A DNA stretch of 64,000 nt from Bacteroidota bacterium. Lineage in GTDB: Bacteria; Bacteroidota; Ignavibacteria; UBA10030; UBA6906. A program made the position numbers and the translations under genes. This document shows positions 52,413 through 62,806 of the stretch, piece by piece (within the stretch, counting starts at the first letter, position 1; every line of letters starts with the position of its first letter). The notes under the pieces were generated by a model. The model had not been told where the DNA came from. It saw only the letters and a list, made by a program, of their open reading frames with translations, and searched no databases. The stretch spans positions 379-64,378 of the forward strand of contig JAUQWO010000020.1 in NCBI GenBank assembly GCA_030835135.1, written 5' to 3'.

Positions 52413-52501
52413 CAATGGAGAGCGGGACAGCTGGACCACACCCGATATTCGGAATGAATTCAGACGTGTAGGTTTCGACAGCACATTCAGAAAGGCAATG
52501 T

Positions 52502-54823
52502 TTGATGATCATTCTTGATCTTCACATTGAAGAAGAGCTCAGGAACACCCACAAAGATCTCGCCGGCAATGCCAAACTCCATTCTCCTGAAAGGTTAGAC
52601 GCTGCCTACAACACTTTCCGGGATCGGTTCGGACCCGACAAGCTTGCCCTTCTCGACGGGACCGCACTGCTCAATGCAATGCACCTGCACGGCAACAAAG
52701 AAAGCCTTGTATATTGGTTGGAGTTCAAGGATGATGAAGAATTCCCGGGGATCAGTTTCGGTAGTATCGCCGGAGGGAGTGCTCACAAATTCGGGCTCTT
52801 CCGTCGGAGGGAAACTGGGCAATGGGTTACAGGCGCACCTCAGGCCGAGAGGACGCTAACCGAATCTGAAGCAGTTGTTGTTGCACGGAAACATCGTGAC
52901 CAACTTCTTGAAGGTGTTAAGCGTCTAGAAAGGTTCGAAGCCAATGCCGATGATGCTGCCTATGTGCGTCTCCAGCGGGATCTTGACACATCATGCCCCG
53001 ACGTCAGCGGGGTAGCGTGGGGTCACAAGTACTTCTCCATTCTCTTTCCGGACAAGTTGGATGATTATCAGAATCATCGGTGGCAACGATACCATCTTCT
53101 CAGACTACTGCAACTGCCTCCGGAAGCGCAGGGACTCTATGTCTGCGCGGGTCGCTACGTGACCCTCGCCAATCAGTTCGGTTGGCCGATGCAGCATTTG
53201 ACCGCCACATTGAACGCACGTAACGGGCGACCGAAAAGGTATTGGCGCATCGGGACCGCGCTTGGAGGAAAAGAGAGAATTTGGGACGATATGCTGAGGG
53301 GGCAATATATCGCCATTGGATGGGGCGGCTTGCGTGACCTTTCTGAACATGGTAAAGGGGCAGAACTCAAGTCCGCGTTGAGAAAGATGCTGGAGCCATA
53401 TTACCCCGGAGATCAAAAGACCATTTCTCGCAAGGCGGGTGAGATTCGCAATTTTGTATCGGAGATTAGTGTAGAGGAGAACGACATTGTCGTTGCGGCG
53501 GATGGGGGAAAGGTCCTTGGGATAGGGCGGGTAACAGGTCCTTATCGTTATGAAGACACTCCTCCCAAGGGGGCGCCGCATAGAAGGGCGGTCGAATGGC
53601 TTTCAACGGAAGAATGGAAATTGCCAGTTCCAGAGGGGCTGCGGACTACGGTTGCTGTGTTCAAGAAGGATGAGCAGAATATCCTGGAGATTGAGCGGAG
53701 GTTGTTAACTCCTCTCATGGTTACGTCCCCGGGCCCAAAGAATGGGGGAGGAGGTGGTGGTGGTGAGGGGACGCTCCGACTTACTGGGATTCCGGCTCGC
53801 GTGCAGGCGATACTCGAACGGAAAGGGCAGGCAATACTCTACGGTCCTCCAGGCACTGGAAAGACCCACTGGGGAAGAGAGACCGCTCATGATTTTGCAG
53901 CACTTCGTGCCTTTGGCACGACCTTCACTGAACTTGTCGCTGAGCAGAAAACTGAGGTTGTTGGTTCGAGCGCCGTGCCAGGACTCGTAAGATCGTGTAC
54001 ATTTCATCCGAATTACGGATATGAAGATTTCCTTGAAGGGTTTCGCCCGGCAGCGAATTCCTCCGGACAACTTATCTTCAATCCAAAAGACGGGATATTC
54101 AAGCGCATGTGTGCTGATGCCCGCAGGAGGCCCGAGCGATCATTTGTTCTGTTGATCGATGAGATCAATCGAGGGGATATCCCCCGGATCTTCGGTGAGT
54201 TGTTGACCCTGCTGGAATCTGACAAGCGTGGACTCACCGTCAGTCTTCCTGTTTCAGGAGAGGAGTTCGCGGTTCCCCCGAATGTCTATGTGATCGGAAC
54301 CATGAACACGGCAGATCGATCGATAGCTTTGCTGGATACGGCATTGCGCCGACGATTTGGGTTCGTTGAGCTCTTGCCTGATATGACGGTATTCGGAGGT
54401 GCATCCGTGGACGGGAGAATACCGTTGGGTCCATGGTTGGGAGCGTTGAACGACAGGATTCGAGCACAACTTGGACGGGACGGCCGGAACCTTCAGATTG
54501 GCCATGCTTATCTCCTCGAAAAGAAGGAACCTGTCAGTGAGTTGTCAAACTTTGTCCGGATCCTCTCAGAGGACATCATCCCTTTGATCGAGGAATACTG
54601 TTACGAGGACTACGATGCATTAGCCAAGATCATTGGCGGAAAACTGGTTGACATCCCGAAGCAACGGATCAAGGAGGAGCTTTTCGCGCCAACGAGATGG
54701 GATGAACTGGTGCAGGCACTACTCGAGCCAACGCCAGACATATCAACCGGGAAGGAGGCAGCAGCGACTGTCACGATGCCCGATGAGGTGGAAGATGGAG
54801 AACCTGAAGACGAAGAGAAGTGA
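52502..54823 (+). CDS. mcrB: McrB-family GTPase (AAA+) with a long N-terminal region that includes an EVE/PUA-like modified-base reader domain
   Basis: The Walker A motif is ILYGPPGTGKTHW. McrB signatures LLIDEINRGDIPRIFGELLTLLE and VYVIGTMNTADRSIALLDTALRRRF are present. The N-terminal EVE-like segment is RYWRIGT...RIWDDMLRGQYIAIGWGG...IVVAADGGKVLGIGRVTGPYRYED. Confidence 0.85.
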   Translation: MMIILDLHIEEELRNTHKDLAGNAKLHSPERLDAAYNTFRDRFGPDKLALLDGTALLNAMHLHGNKESLVYWLEFKDDEEFPGISFGSIAGGSAHKFGLFRRRETGQWVTGAPQAERTLTESEAVVVARKHRDQLLEGVKRLERFEANADDAAYVRLQRDLDTSCPDVSGVAWGHKYFSILFPDKLDDYQNHRWQRYHLLRLLQLPPEAQGLYVCAGRYVTLANQFGWPMQHLTATLNARNGRPKRYWRIGTALGGKERIWDDMLRGQYIAIGWGGLRDLSEHGKGAELKSALRKMLEPYYPGDQKTISRKAGEIRNFVSEISVEENDIVVAADGGKVLGIGRVTGPYRYEDTPPKGAPHRRAVEWLSTEEWKLPVPEGLRTTVAVFKKDEQNILEIERRLLTPLMVTSPGPKNGGGGGGGEGTLRLTGIPARVQAILERKGQAILYGPPGTGKTHWGRETAHDFAALRAFGTTFTELVAEQKTEVVGSSAVPGLVRSCTFHPNYGYEDFLEGFRPAANSSGQLIFNPKDGIFKRMCADARRRPERSFVLLIDEINRGDIPRIFGELLTLLESDKRGLTVSLPVSGEEFAVPPNVYVIGTMNTADRSIALLDTALRRRFGFVELLPDMTVFGGASVDGRIPLGPWLGALNDRIRAQLGRDGRNLQIGHAYLLEKKEPVSELSNFVRILSEDIIPLIEEYCYEDYDALAKIIGGKLVDIPKQRIKEELFAPTRWDELVQALLEPTPDISTGKEAAATVTMPDEVEDGEPEDEEK

Positions 54824-56127
54824 ACGCCAACAGCATCATACTGAGCGAATGGGAAACGAGAGGTCCTGAAGCTGGCGCCCCCCTTGCCGGATGGCAATTC
54901 AAAGACAGAGCGAGTCATGATCTTGCTGAACGGCTGACCGACCTTGGTTGGATCGAGATCCTCGAATTGGCTCAGGGGATCGAACTCCGCGCAACGTCGT
55001 TCGTTGGCAGGTTCAGCATTGGCGATATGACCATCACGATCCAACCGAAGATTCAGGGAGCGCCATTCCTGAGTTTGCTTCGATACGCGTATGGATTTCG
55101 GCAGCTTAAGCTCCTCAAACCGACAGCATATGGCTCATCCGCGTGGGATCTCTGCGAGTTGCTCGTTCAGCAATTGATCGCGGAAGCACGGGATCTGATA
55201 GGCCGCGGGGTACACAGGGACTATGAGCGAAGGTCAGCTCGCCTATCCGACCTGCGTGGTAGGATCGATTTTGACAAGTACGTCCGAACGGTAGGTACTG
55301 GCGCTGCAGAGGTACCGTGCACGTACTATCCGCGGACTGACGACACCGTTCTCAATCAGGCAATGCTTGCAGGACTTGAGTTCGCCGCTCAACAGACGAT
55401 TGATGTTGACCTTCGATATCAGGTCAATCATCTGGTCAAGGATCTGCGATCGTCGATCTCCCTCATGAGGCTGAGTGGCAGCCTGATCGAAGATGCGAAG
55501 GGTGCGATTGACCGGCGTACTGTCGCATACGGTCCGCTGCTATCTCTGATCGAGCTGCTCTACGCCGGGCACGGGCTTTCGTTGGACGAGGGAAGGAATC
55601 AGATCCAGCTTTCCGGATTTCTGTTCGATATGAACCGCTTCTTTCAGGCCCTGGTGTCACGGTTTCTCCATGAAAACCTGGAAGGCTATGTGATTCACGA
55701 TGAACACAAGATGAAAGGATTCTTTGAATACGAACCGGCGCACAATCCCAGGGGATATTCTAATTCCGATCTCCGGCCCGACTTCGCTGTGATGGATTCC
55801 TCTCGTCTGGTGACCATCGCGGATGCCAAGTACAGAGACCTATGGAATACCCGGTTGCCACAGTCCATGCTGTATCAACTCGCATTGTATGCCATCGCCC
55901 AGGGGAATCACACACGAGAGAGTGTGATCCTGTATCCCACGCTTTCACGGGGCGCACGGGAACAAAAGATCAATGTCCGGGAACCGATCGCAGGTCATCA
56001 TCAAGCACGAGTCATTCTCAGGCCAATCAACCTGATAGATATGGAAGAGCTCATCTATCGGAGTGATCCAGCAGGACAGGTTGAACGCGTCCAAATGGCG
56101 TCTCAGCTTCTATTCGGCGAAGCATAA
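54820..56127 (+). CDS. mcrC: McrC nuclease subunit
   Basis: It overlaps the mcrB stop by 4 nt. The PD-(D/E)xK motif is DFAVMDSSRLVTIADAKYRD, typical of McrC. Confidence 0.8.
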   Translation: MNANSIILSEWETRGPEAGAPLAGWQFKDRASHDLAERLTDLGWIEILELAQGIELRATSFVGRFSIGDMTITIQPKIQGAPFLSLLRYAYGFRQLKLLKPTAYGSSAWDLCELLVQQLIAEARDLIGRGVHRDYERRSARLSDLRGRIDFDKYVRTVGTGAAEVPCTYYPRTDDTVLNQAMLAGLEFAAQQTIDVDLRYQVNHLVKDLRSSISLMRLSGSLIEDAKGAIDRRTVAYGPLLSLIELLYAGHGLSLDEGRNQIQLSGFLFDMNRFFQALVSRFLHENLEGYVIHDEHKMKGFFEYEPAHNPRGYSNSDLRPDFAVMDSSRLVTIADAKYRDLWNTRLPQSMLYQLALYAIAQGNHTRESVILYPTLSRGAREQKINVREPIAGHHQARVILRPINLIDMEELIYRSDPAGQVERVQMASQLLFGEA

Positions 56128-56213
56128 ATTTGCGCATCCCTGGCGGAAATCCGCGTCTCGTTGCGGAGCAGCACAATGTGCAGTAACCTTCTGAGTCATC
56201 GCATCTGATACCT

Positions 56214-56801
56214 ATGCAATCTGATCTTCTTTTGGAGTTTCAAGGTCCGTACTCTTGGTTTGCGGCGGGGCCTGTCGGCTCAATTCTGGATCCTCCTCAG
56301 GGCAAGGGCCATGGAATATACCTGTGGACAGTCCCCACCGCAAGTGGAGAGTTAGTCTACTATGTTGGTGAAACCGGGCGGCAATTTTCTATTCGATTCA
56401 GGGAACACCTGCTGGCCCAACTGTCGGGCATGTATCATGTCCATGACCCAGCAGCTTTCCAGCTTGGAAAGAAATCCATGCTGTGGCCAGGTCTTTGTGA
56501 TAAACACCATCGCGTCGACCTATGCGAGTTTGTTCAAAGGCTGCCTGAATTGGCAGAACCACTCCAGAAATTCGTGAATGTATTTCATTTCTTTATTGCT
56601 GAGATTGACGTAGACAATCGACTTCGCAAACGCATTGAAGGGGCCATAGCCGATCACCTTGTCCGGCAGCCCGGCATCGTGGGTTCATTCCAGGAAGCGG
56701 GAATCAAATATGTTCGCCGCCGCAAAGATGAGCCCTCCGTTCAGATAGGTTTACGTTCATCCAGAGAAAATTGTGGACTCCCAGCGTGTTTGGAGGCATA
56801 G
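56214..56801 (+). CDS. Small GIY-YIG-domain nuclease (195 aa)
   Basis: The GIY-YIG motifs are GIYLWTVPTASGELVYYVGETGRQFSIRFREHL. Confidence 0.5.
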   Translation: MQSDLLLEFQGPYSWFAAGPVGSILDPPQGKGHGIYLWTVPTASGELVYYVGETGRQFSIRFREHLLAQLSGMYHVHDPAAFQLGKKSMLWPGLCDKHHRVDLCEFVQRLPELAEPLQKFVNVFHFFIAEIDVDNRLRKRIEGAIADHLVRQPGIVGSFQEAGIKYVRRRKDEPSVQIGLRSSRENCGLPACLEA

Positions 56802-56981
56802 ACTCCGAGAGATTCCATTGGCCAGGAACCTCGAATTGGCCCCGCGTGAGCGGAGGATTCCTTGAAGACCCGGCGCGGGGTGTTTAACAATGCAATGATC
56901 TATAGGTGGTATCTCCAGGATTTCGATTCTATCGGCAGTTGTGATGCATAGAGCCGACCCTGTCAAGGAAGGGATGGTGCG

Positions 56982-57767
56982 ATGAAGAGCTTTCCATTTG
57001 GGAATCCAATTCTACCGGTTCAACAATCTGACCGGACCCCTAAGAGGGTATTCGTCCTTGGTGTGTACGCGAGTGCCGTTCACGCACGGTGGCTTCGCGC
57101 CGATGGGTCGATTGCCGTACGAGCTCTTGCGGTATCATCGGAGCCAGAGATCTTTTGGAGGGGTGACGGGGAGGATGAGATAATTGCCAGCATTCCGCTT
57201 CCGGAAGGGGCCGGTCGTCTTGTTTCACCCGGGGAAGGGTTGAACGGCCCCTCCGGTCAAACCCTTGATCAGGACTTTCTCCGACCAATGGGTCTGGATC
57301 GTAGTTCCGTATGGCTTTGCGATCTGCTGCCAGAGAGCCGATGCAATCCCAATCAAGCGAATGCCATCAAACGCGAGTACGATTCGATGAAGACGGCCTA
57401 TTCTTTGCCAGACTTTGACTTTCCGCCTCTGCCGAAAGTTCTGGCCGATGAGAATAGAGTACGCGCCATCGAAACGGAACTCGAAGAGGCGGGATCCCGG
57501 ATATTGGTTACTCTCGGCGATCTGCCATTGCAGTGGTTTGCGAGTCGCCATGGTGCTCATTCACGGTTGGCAGACTATGGATCGACCAATGAGTCGTATG
57601 GCCGGCTGCACGAGATTCGAATAGGAGACAAGCAGCTGCTCTTGTTGCCACTCGTCCATCCCCGACAGGCCGGCCAGCTTGGTGGCTACTCGGAAACGTG
57701 GTGGCAGCTCCACCAGCATTGGATGACTGCTGATGCTCCAGCGATTCTGATCAATGTCCCGGCTTGA
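56982..57767 (+). CDS. Hypothetical protein with a degenerate uracil-DNA-glycosylase-superfamily fold (lacks the GEAPG catalytic motif)
   Basis: Three pattern similarities to family-4 UDG were found. WLCDLLPESRCNPNQ resembles NIVKCRPPQNR. ILVTLGDLPLQWF resembles IIVPLGAVAAEFF. LLLLPLVHPRQAG resembles VFPMFHPAYLLRNP. The N-terminal motif is replaced by VFVLGVYAS. Confidence 0.35.
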   Translation: MKSFPFGNPILPVQQSDRTPKRVFVLGVYASAVHARWLRADGSIAVRALAVSSEPEIFWRGDGEDEIIASIPLPEGAGRLVSPGEGLNGPSGQTLDQDFLRPMGLDRSSVWLCDLLPESRCNPNQANAIKREYDSMKTAYSLPDFDFPPLPKVLADENRVRAIETELEEAGSRILVTLGDLPLQWFASRHGAHSRLADYGSTNESYGRLHEIRIGDKQLLLLPLVHPRQAGQLGGYSETWWQLHQHWMTADAPAILINVPA

Positions 57768-57950
57768 ACATATACGGTGTGTTCCCCCGATGTTTGTCCG
57801 CTGTTGACTGACCCCGGGTGAGGGGGGGCGAGTCTTCAACAAGAGAATATGGATGTTGGGTTGTCGCAATCACGGTTTGTTGCCCAGCATGAGGTATGGC
57901 TTGAGTAGTCCTAACACAATGTCAGACACGCTATTGTATAGAGAGATACC

Positions 57951-59570
57951 GTGAACTGGATCGCCGCCTCTGAAAAAGACACCGCTGCCGCAACGCTTGA
58001 AAAGCGCCTGTGGGACGCCGCCGATCAGTTCCGCGCAAACTCGGGGCTCAAGGCCCAGGAGTATTCCGGCCCCATCCTCGGACTGATCTTTCTGCGCTTC
58101 GCCGAGGTACGCTTCGCCGCCCAGCGGACCAAGCTGGAGAAAGCCCGTGCTTCCTCCCGCCGGGGCAGTCGCGTTGATGAGCCCGCCGCCTACCACGCCG
58201 ACAACGTTCTGTATCTGGCCCCTGAGGCGCGCTTCGATTTTCTGCTGACACTGCCAGAGGCGGCCGACATCGGCGGCAAGGTCAACGCTGCCATGCGCGA
58301 GGTAGAGAAGCACAACCCGCAGCTCGCCGGCGTGCTGCCCAAGACCTTCAACCTCTTCACAGGCACCCTGCTCAAAGAGTTGCTGAAGAAGATCTCCGAG
58401 ATCCCGGCCACGCTCGACTTCGACGCCTTCGGCCGTATCTACGAATACTTCCTCGGCGAGTTCGCCATGAGCGAGGGCCAGGGCGGCGGCGAGTTCTACA
58501 CTCCGGCGAGCATCGTGCGGCTCCTGGCGCAGGTGATCGAGCCTTTCCACGGCCGCATCCTCGACCCTGCCTGCGGCTCGGGCGGAATGTTCGTGCAGTC
58601 GGCCCGGTTCGTAGCCGAGCACCACAAGAACCCTACCGCCGAGCTGTCCATCTGCGGGGTCGAGAAGACCGACGAGACCGGTCGCCTCGCCCGCCTGAAC
58701 CTCGCCGTGCACGGGCTTGAGGGCGACATCCGACACGGCGGTAACGTCAACAGCTACTACGACGACCCGCACGCGGCCACCGGCGCCTTCGACTTTGTGC
58801 TCGCCAATCCGCCTTTCAACGTGAACGCGGTGGACAAGGAGCGGCTCAAGGATCTGGTCGGCGTCGGCCGCCGCTACCCCTTTGGTCTGCCGCGCACCGA
58901 TAACGCGAACTTCCTGTGGATCCAGCTCTTCTATTCGGCGCTCAATGCCAGGGGCCGCGCTGGCTTCGTCATGGCCAACTCGGCCTCCGATGCCCGCTCC
59001 ACCGAGCAGGAGTTGCGACAGAAGCTGATCGAGGCGCGGGCGGTGGATGTGATGGTGGCCGTCGGTTCCAACATGTTCTACACCGTCACGCTCCCCTGCA
59101 CACTGTGGTTTCTCGACCGGGGCAAGGCCAAATCGAAGCGCGCGGAGACCGTGCTCTTCATCGACGCCCGCCACATCTACCGGCAGGTGGATCGCGCCCA
59201 CCGCGACTGGACACCCGCGCAGATCGGCTTCATCGCCAACCTGGTGCGCCTCTATCGCGGCGAAGAGCCCGACTTGACCGTGGGCGGGGAGGAGACGGCG
59301 GCCAAGTTGAAGGAGGTGTTCGGCAAGAAGACCGCCTATGCGAACGTCCCCGGCCTGTGTAAGGCAGCAACGATCGCGGAGATCGAGGCGCAGGGCTGGT
59401 CGCTCAACCCCGGCCGTTATGTGGGCGTGGCCCCGGGCGAGGAAGTGAGCGACGAGGACTTCAAGGCGCAGCTCGAGACGCTGAACGAGGAACTGACAAC
59501 CCTGAACGGCCAAGCGCGTGAATTGGAAACCACTATTGCGAAGAACGTCACCGAGATACTGGAAGCATGA
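57951..59570 (+). CDS. hsdM: Type I restriction-modification system methyltransferase subunit (N6-adenine)
   Basis: It has a GTG start and the motif [13 protein letters not shown] (NPPF). The HsdM N-terminal domain is [33 protein letters not shown]. Confidence 0.95.
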   Translation: MNWIAASEKDTAAATLEKRLWDAADQFRANSGLKAQEYSGPILGLIFLRFAEVRFAAQRTKLEKARASSRRGSRVDEPAAYHADNVLYLAPEARFDFLLTLPEAADIGGKVNAAMREVEKHNPQLAGVLPKTFNLFTGTLLKELLKKISEIPATLDFDAFGRIYEYFLGEFAMSEGQGGGEFYTPASIVRLLAQVIEPFHGRILDPACGSGGMFVQSARFVAEHHKNPTAELSICGVEKTDETGRLARLNLAVHGLEGDIRHGGNVNSYYDDPHAATGAFDFVLANPPFNVNAVDKERLKDLVGVGRRYPFGLPRTDNANFLWIQLFYSALNARGRAGFVMANSASDARSTEQELRQKLIEARAVDVMVAVGSNMFYTVTLPCTLWFLDRGKAKSKRAETVLFIDARHIYRQVDRAHRDWTPAQIGFIANLVRLYRGEEPDLTVGGEETAAKLKEVFGKKTAYANVPGLCKAATIAEIEAQGWSLNPGRYVGVAPGEEVSDEDFKAQLETLNEELTTLNGQARELETTIAKNVTEILEA

Positions 59571-59703
59571 GCGCCGACCACCTATCCCCGTTGATGCTCT
59601 ACCAGACGCTGTACGGAATTCGAAGCCCGGGGCGAAGCGGATCTTCTAAGTCTGCTCCATGCCGAATTGAGAATACTCCCAAGCGGGAGCGGGAAGGGAA
59701 GAA

Positions 59704-60972
59704 ATGAAGCGGGGTGGAGATTCGAAAGGGATAGCAAAGGCGCATTGGCAACAACGCCGGCTCGGTGATTGCCTGACGCTGATGTCTGGTGGCACGCCCT
59801 CGAAGGCACGCAACGATTACTGGGGTGGGGACATTCCGTGGGTGTCTTGCAAGGACATGAAAGTACATCGCATTCACGACGCCGAAGACCACCTGACGCC
59901 ACTCGGGGCAAAGAACGGTACTCGCCTGGTCCCAGCCAACACCATCCTATTCGTTGTCCGCGGTATGATTCTGGCGCGAGAATTCCCAGTCGCGCTGACG
60001 AAGCGCACGGTGGCGTTCAATCAAGATCTCAAGGCTGCGAGGCCCGCCGATTTCATCGAAACCGAGTTCTTGTTCCATTGGCTGCGCGCCAATACATACG
60101 AAATCCTTGGTCGTGTTGATGAGGCTGGCCACGGAACAACGCGCATCCAAACGGACCGACTGCTGTCATTGCCGATTGCCGTTCCCCCGCTGCTGGTGCA
60201 GCGACGCATCGCGGGCATCTTGTCGGCCTACGACGAGCTGATCGAGAACAGTCAGCGGCGCATCAAGATTCTGGAGGCGATGGTCCGCGCCCTCTACCGC
60301 GAGTGGTTCGTCTACTTCCGCTTCCCCGGCCACGAATCCGTCCCCCGCGTCCCATCGCCGCTTGGCGAGATTCCACAGGGGTGGGAGGTGAGAGCAGTGG
60401 CCCAAGCTTTTGATATTTCCGGTGGAGGCACTCCATCTCGAAAGGAGGAAGCGTTCTGGGTAGGCGGCACCATTCAGTGGTATTCGCCCAGCGACCTGAC
60501 TGGTGCAGGGACGATGTTCATGGATGATTCCAGCGACCACATCACCGAGCGAGGACTTGCACAAAGTTCAGCGCGGATGTTTCCCGCGCGCAGCGTGATG
60601 CTCACGAGCCGTGCCACCATCGGTGCCCTCGCGATCAACACGCATCCGGCTTGCACCAATCAGGGGTTCATTACTTGCCTGCCGAATGAACGCGTACCGC
60701 TTTACTTTCTGTTCCATTGGCTTACGGAAAACGTGCCGACTTTTCAGCGTATGGCTTCCGGTGCCACCTTTAAGGAAATCAGCCGGGGTGTATTCAAGAC
60801 CATCAATTTCCTGCAACCGCCAGATGAACTGGTCCGACGCTTCGAGGTCATGACTGCACCGATAGCCGAACAGATGCTCGCACTCCAACGCCAAATCAAG
60901 AACCTCCGCCGCACTCGCGACCTCCTGCTGCCGCGCCTGCTGTCCGGGCGGATCGCAATTCAGGAGAACTGA
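59704..60972 (+). CDS. hsdS: Type I R-M specificity subunit (two target-recognition domains)
   Basis: The conserved inter-TRD helices are IAGILSAYDELIENSQRRIKILEAMVRALYREWF and, at the C-terminus, LALQRQIKNLRRTRDLLLPRLLSG. Confidence 0.9.
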   Translation: MKRGGDSKGIAKAHWQQRRLGDCLTLMSGGTPSKARNDYWGGDIPWVSCKDMKVHRIHDAEDHLTPLGAKNGTRLVPANTILFVVRGMILAREFPVALTKRTVAFNQDLKAARPADFIETEFLFHWLRANTYEILGRVDEAGHGTTRIQTDRLLSLPIAVPPLLVQRRIAGILSAYDELIENSQRRIKILEAMVRALYREWFVYFRFPGHESVPRVPSPLGEIPQGWEVRAVAQAFDISGGGTPSRKEEAFWVGGTIQWYSPSDLTGAGTMFMDDSSDHITERGLAQSSARMFPARSVMLTSRATIGALAINTHPACTNQGFITCLPNERVPLYFLFHWLTENVPTFQRMASGATFKEISRGVFKTINFLQPPDELVRRFEVMTAPIAEQMLALQRQIKNLRRTRDLLLPRLLSGRIAIQEN

Positions 60973-60975
60973 CCC

Positions 60976-62790
60976 ATGCGGCTCAAAGAAATCGGAATCA
61001 AAAACTTCAGAGGATATCGGGACGAAACCCGCCTCCCGATCGATCCCAACGTTACAGGCATTACGGGAAAGAATGATGCCGGCAAGTCAAGCATTCTGGA
61101 AGCTCTCGATATCTTCTTTGAGGGAGGTGAAGTAACGCTTGACAAAGATGACTTCAATGTCGCCGAGCCTGAAGGTTCAGTAGAGATTAGGTGCGTCTTC
61201 GAGGGACTTCCCGCTGAGATACTCCTTGATGAAACCAACAAGACGACACTGGCAGCCGAACACCTGCTCAATACTGCTGGAGAGTTGGAAATTCTAAAGC
61301 GCTACAAGCGTAGTTCGAAAGAGCCAGCGGTTTTCATTGTCGCTAACCATCCAGCCGCAGGAGATTTTGATGATCTCCACTTGCTGAAGATCAATGAGCT
61401 AAAGAAACGCGGCGAAAAGCTCGGCGTGTCGGCGGACGATATTGCGGATGCACGAAAGAGTGCTTCGTGGCGTCTAGCGATTTGGGCCAAATCCCCAGAC
61501 TTGAACAAGCAGCAGCGCGAGTTGGAAATCAGCAAGTTCGTTGGCGACTCGAAGGACATTCAGGACAAGTTGTTTAAACAGTTGCCCCTCTTCGCCCTGT
61601 TCAAATCTGACCGCGAAAGTAAAGACAACGACCCGCAAGCCAAGAACCCCCTTCAAGCCGCGGTAAAGCAGGCACAAGACGAGCTGCGGGAGGACATCGA
61701 AAAGATACAAAACGAAGTCCAAAAGCGTGTTCTTGAACGGGCGGCCAAGACATTGGAGAAGCTCAAAGACATGGACGCGACACTGGCATCCCAACTCGTG
61801 CCGCGCTTCAGGAAGGCTCCAAGTTGGACGTTCGACTTCGCCTTGGATGGAGAGGACAACATACCAATAAACAAACGCGGCAGCGGCGTCCGGCGGTTAA
61901 TCCTGTTAAATTTCTTCCGCGCTGAGGCTGAACGCAAGGTCACAGACAAAAAGGCCCCCTCTGTAATTTACGCTTTTGAAGAACCCGAGACATCGCAACA
62001 CCCATCTAATCAAGAGATGCTTGTTCGCGCTTTGGTGCAGGTCGGCAAGAGGGATAACTGCCAGGTGCTCGTAACGACCCACGTTCCAGCTCTTGCAGGA
62101 CTCTTGCCTACTGACGGGTTGCGTATAGTTGAGAAGTCGGCGGCGGGTTGCTCAATTGAATATGGCAACGACACCGTGATTGACCGGATTGCGCAGTCGC
62201 TTGGCGTGCTTATAGACCCTCGTGCCAGCCGCGCAAAAGCACTAGTGCTCGTGGAAGGGCCGGGGGATGTCGTGTTCCTGCGTCACACGGCAGAGCAACT
62301 AAAGGCGGGTGGGCACATTCCCGCAACGCTCGAAGAGAAAGGAATCTTACCTGTCTCAATCGGTGGTTGCGGCCTACTGAGGCATTGGATAGCGAAGCGA
62401 ATCGCCGAGCAGTTTAATATCCCGTGGGCACTCCTCCTGGATTCCGATTTGGGGACTTCCGAGGCGGGGCAGAATTTGACACAAGTGCAGCAGGTCCGCG
62501 CCAACGGCAAGAAGGCTTACGTGACGCGTAAACGTGAGCCGGAGAATTATATCCTGCCAGAAGTAGTAACTCCACACTTCGTAGGTGGAGCAACTGCAAC
62601 TTGGACAGACAGCAGCGATGCCAAGAAGGACATAGGCGCTGCTACATCGAAGGGACATGGCGAGGTTCTTGAGTTCTTCTGGACCAAAATGAACGCCGAT
62701 CAAATTCGTCGAGCTGAAACATTCACAGACAGTGGAACAGATCGCTACGAGTTCACAGAGATTCTTACGGACTTGCTCACGTTGGTATAG
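60976..62790 (+). CDS. OLD-family ATP-dependent endonuclease (ABC-like ATPase plus TOPRIM) embedded between hsdS and hsdR
   Basis: The Walker A motif is GITGKNDAGKSSILEAL. The TOPRIM motifs are LVLVEGPGDVVFL and ALLLDSD. Its GC content is lower than that of the flanking hsd genes. Confidence 0.8.
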   Translation: MRLKEIGIKNFRGYRDETRLPIDPNVTGITGKNDAGKSSILEALDIFFEGGEVTLDKDDFNVAEPEGSVEIRCVFEGLPAEILLDETNKTTLAAEHLLNTAGELEILKRYKRSSKEPAVFIVANHPAAGDFDDLHLLKINELKKRGEKLGVSADDIADARKSASWRLAIWAKSPDLNKQQRELEISKFVGDSKDIQDKLFKQLPLFALFKSDRESKDNDPQAKNPLQAAVKQAQDELREDIEKIQNEVQKRVLERAAKTLEKLKDMDATLASQLVPRFRKAPSWTFDFALDGEDNIPINKRGSGVRRLILLNFFRAEAERKVTDKKAPSVIYAFEEPETSQHPSNQEMLVRALVQVGKRDNCQVLVTTHVPALAGLLPTDGLRIVEKSAAGCSIEYGNDTVIDRIAQSLGVLIDPRASRAKALVLVEGPGDVVFLRHTAEQLKAGGHIPATLEEKGILPVSIGGCGLLRHWIAKRIAEQFNIPWALLLDSDLGTSEAGQNLTQVQQVRANGKKAYVTRKREPENYILPEVVTPHFVGGATATWTDSSDAKKDIGAATSKGHGEVLEFFWTKMNADQIRRAETFTDSGTDRYEFTEILTDLLTLV

Positions 62791-62806
62791 TTGACCATGC
62801 CCCACG

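Noticed and set aside
56802-56981. Possible intrinsic terminator hairpin (ccccgcg...cgcgggg followed by tgttt) between the small GIY-YIG nuclease gene and the UDG-like gene
   Set aside because: The stem is only 7 bp with a 27-nt loop and a weak T-tract. If real, it would argue against strict co-transcription, but the evidence is too weak to annotate.
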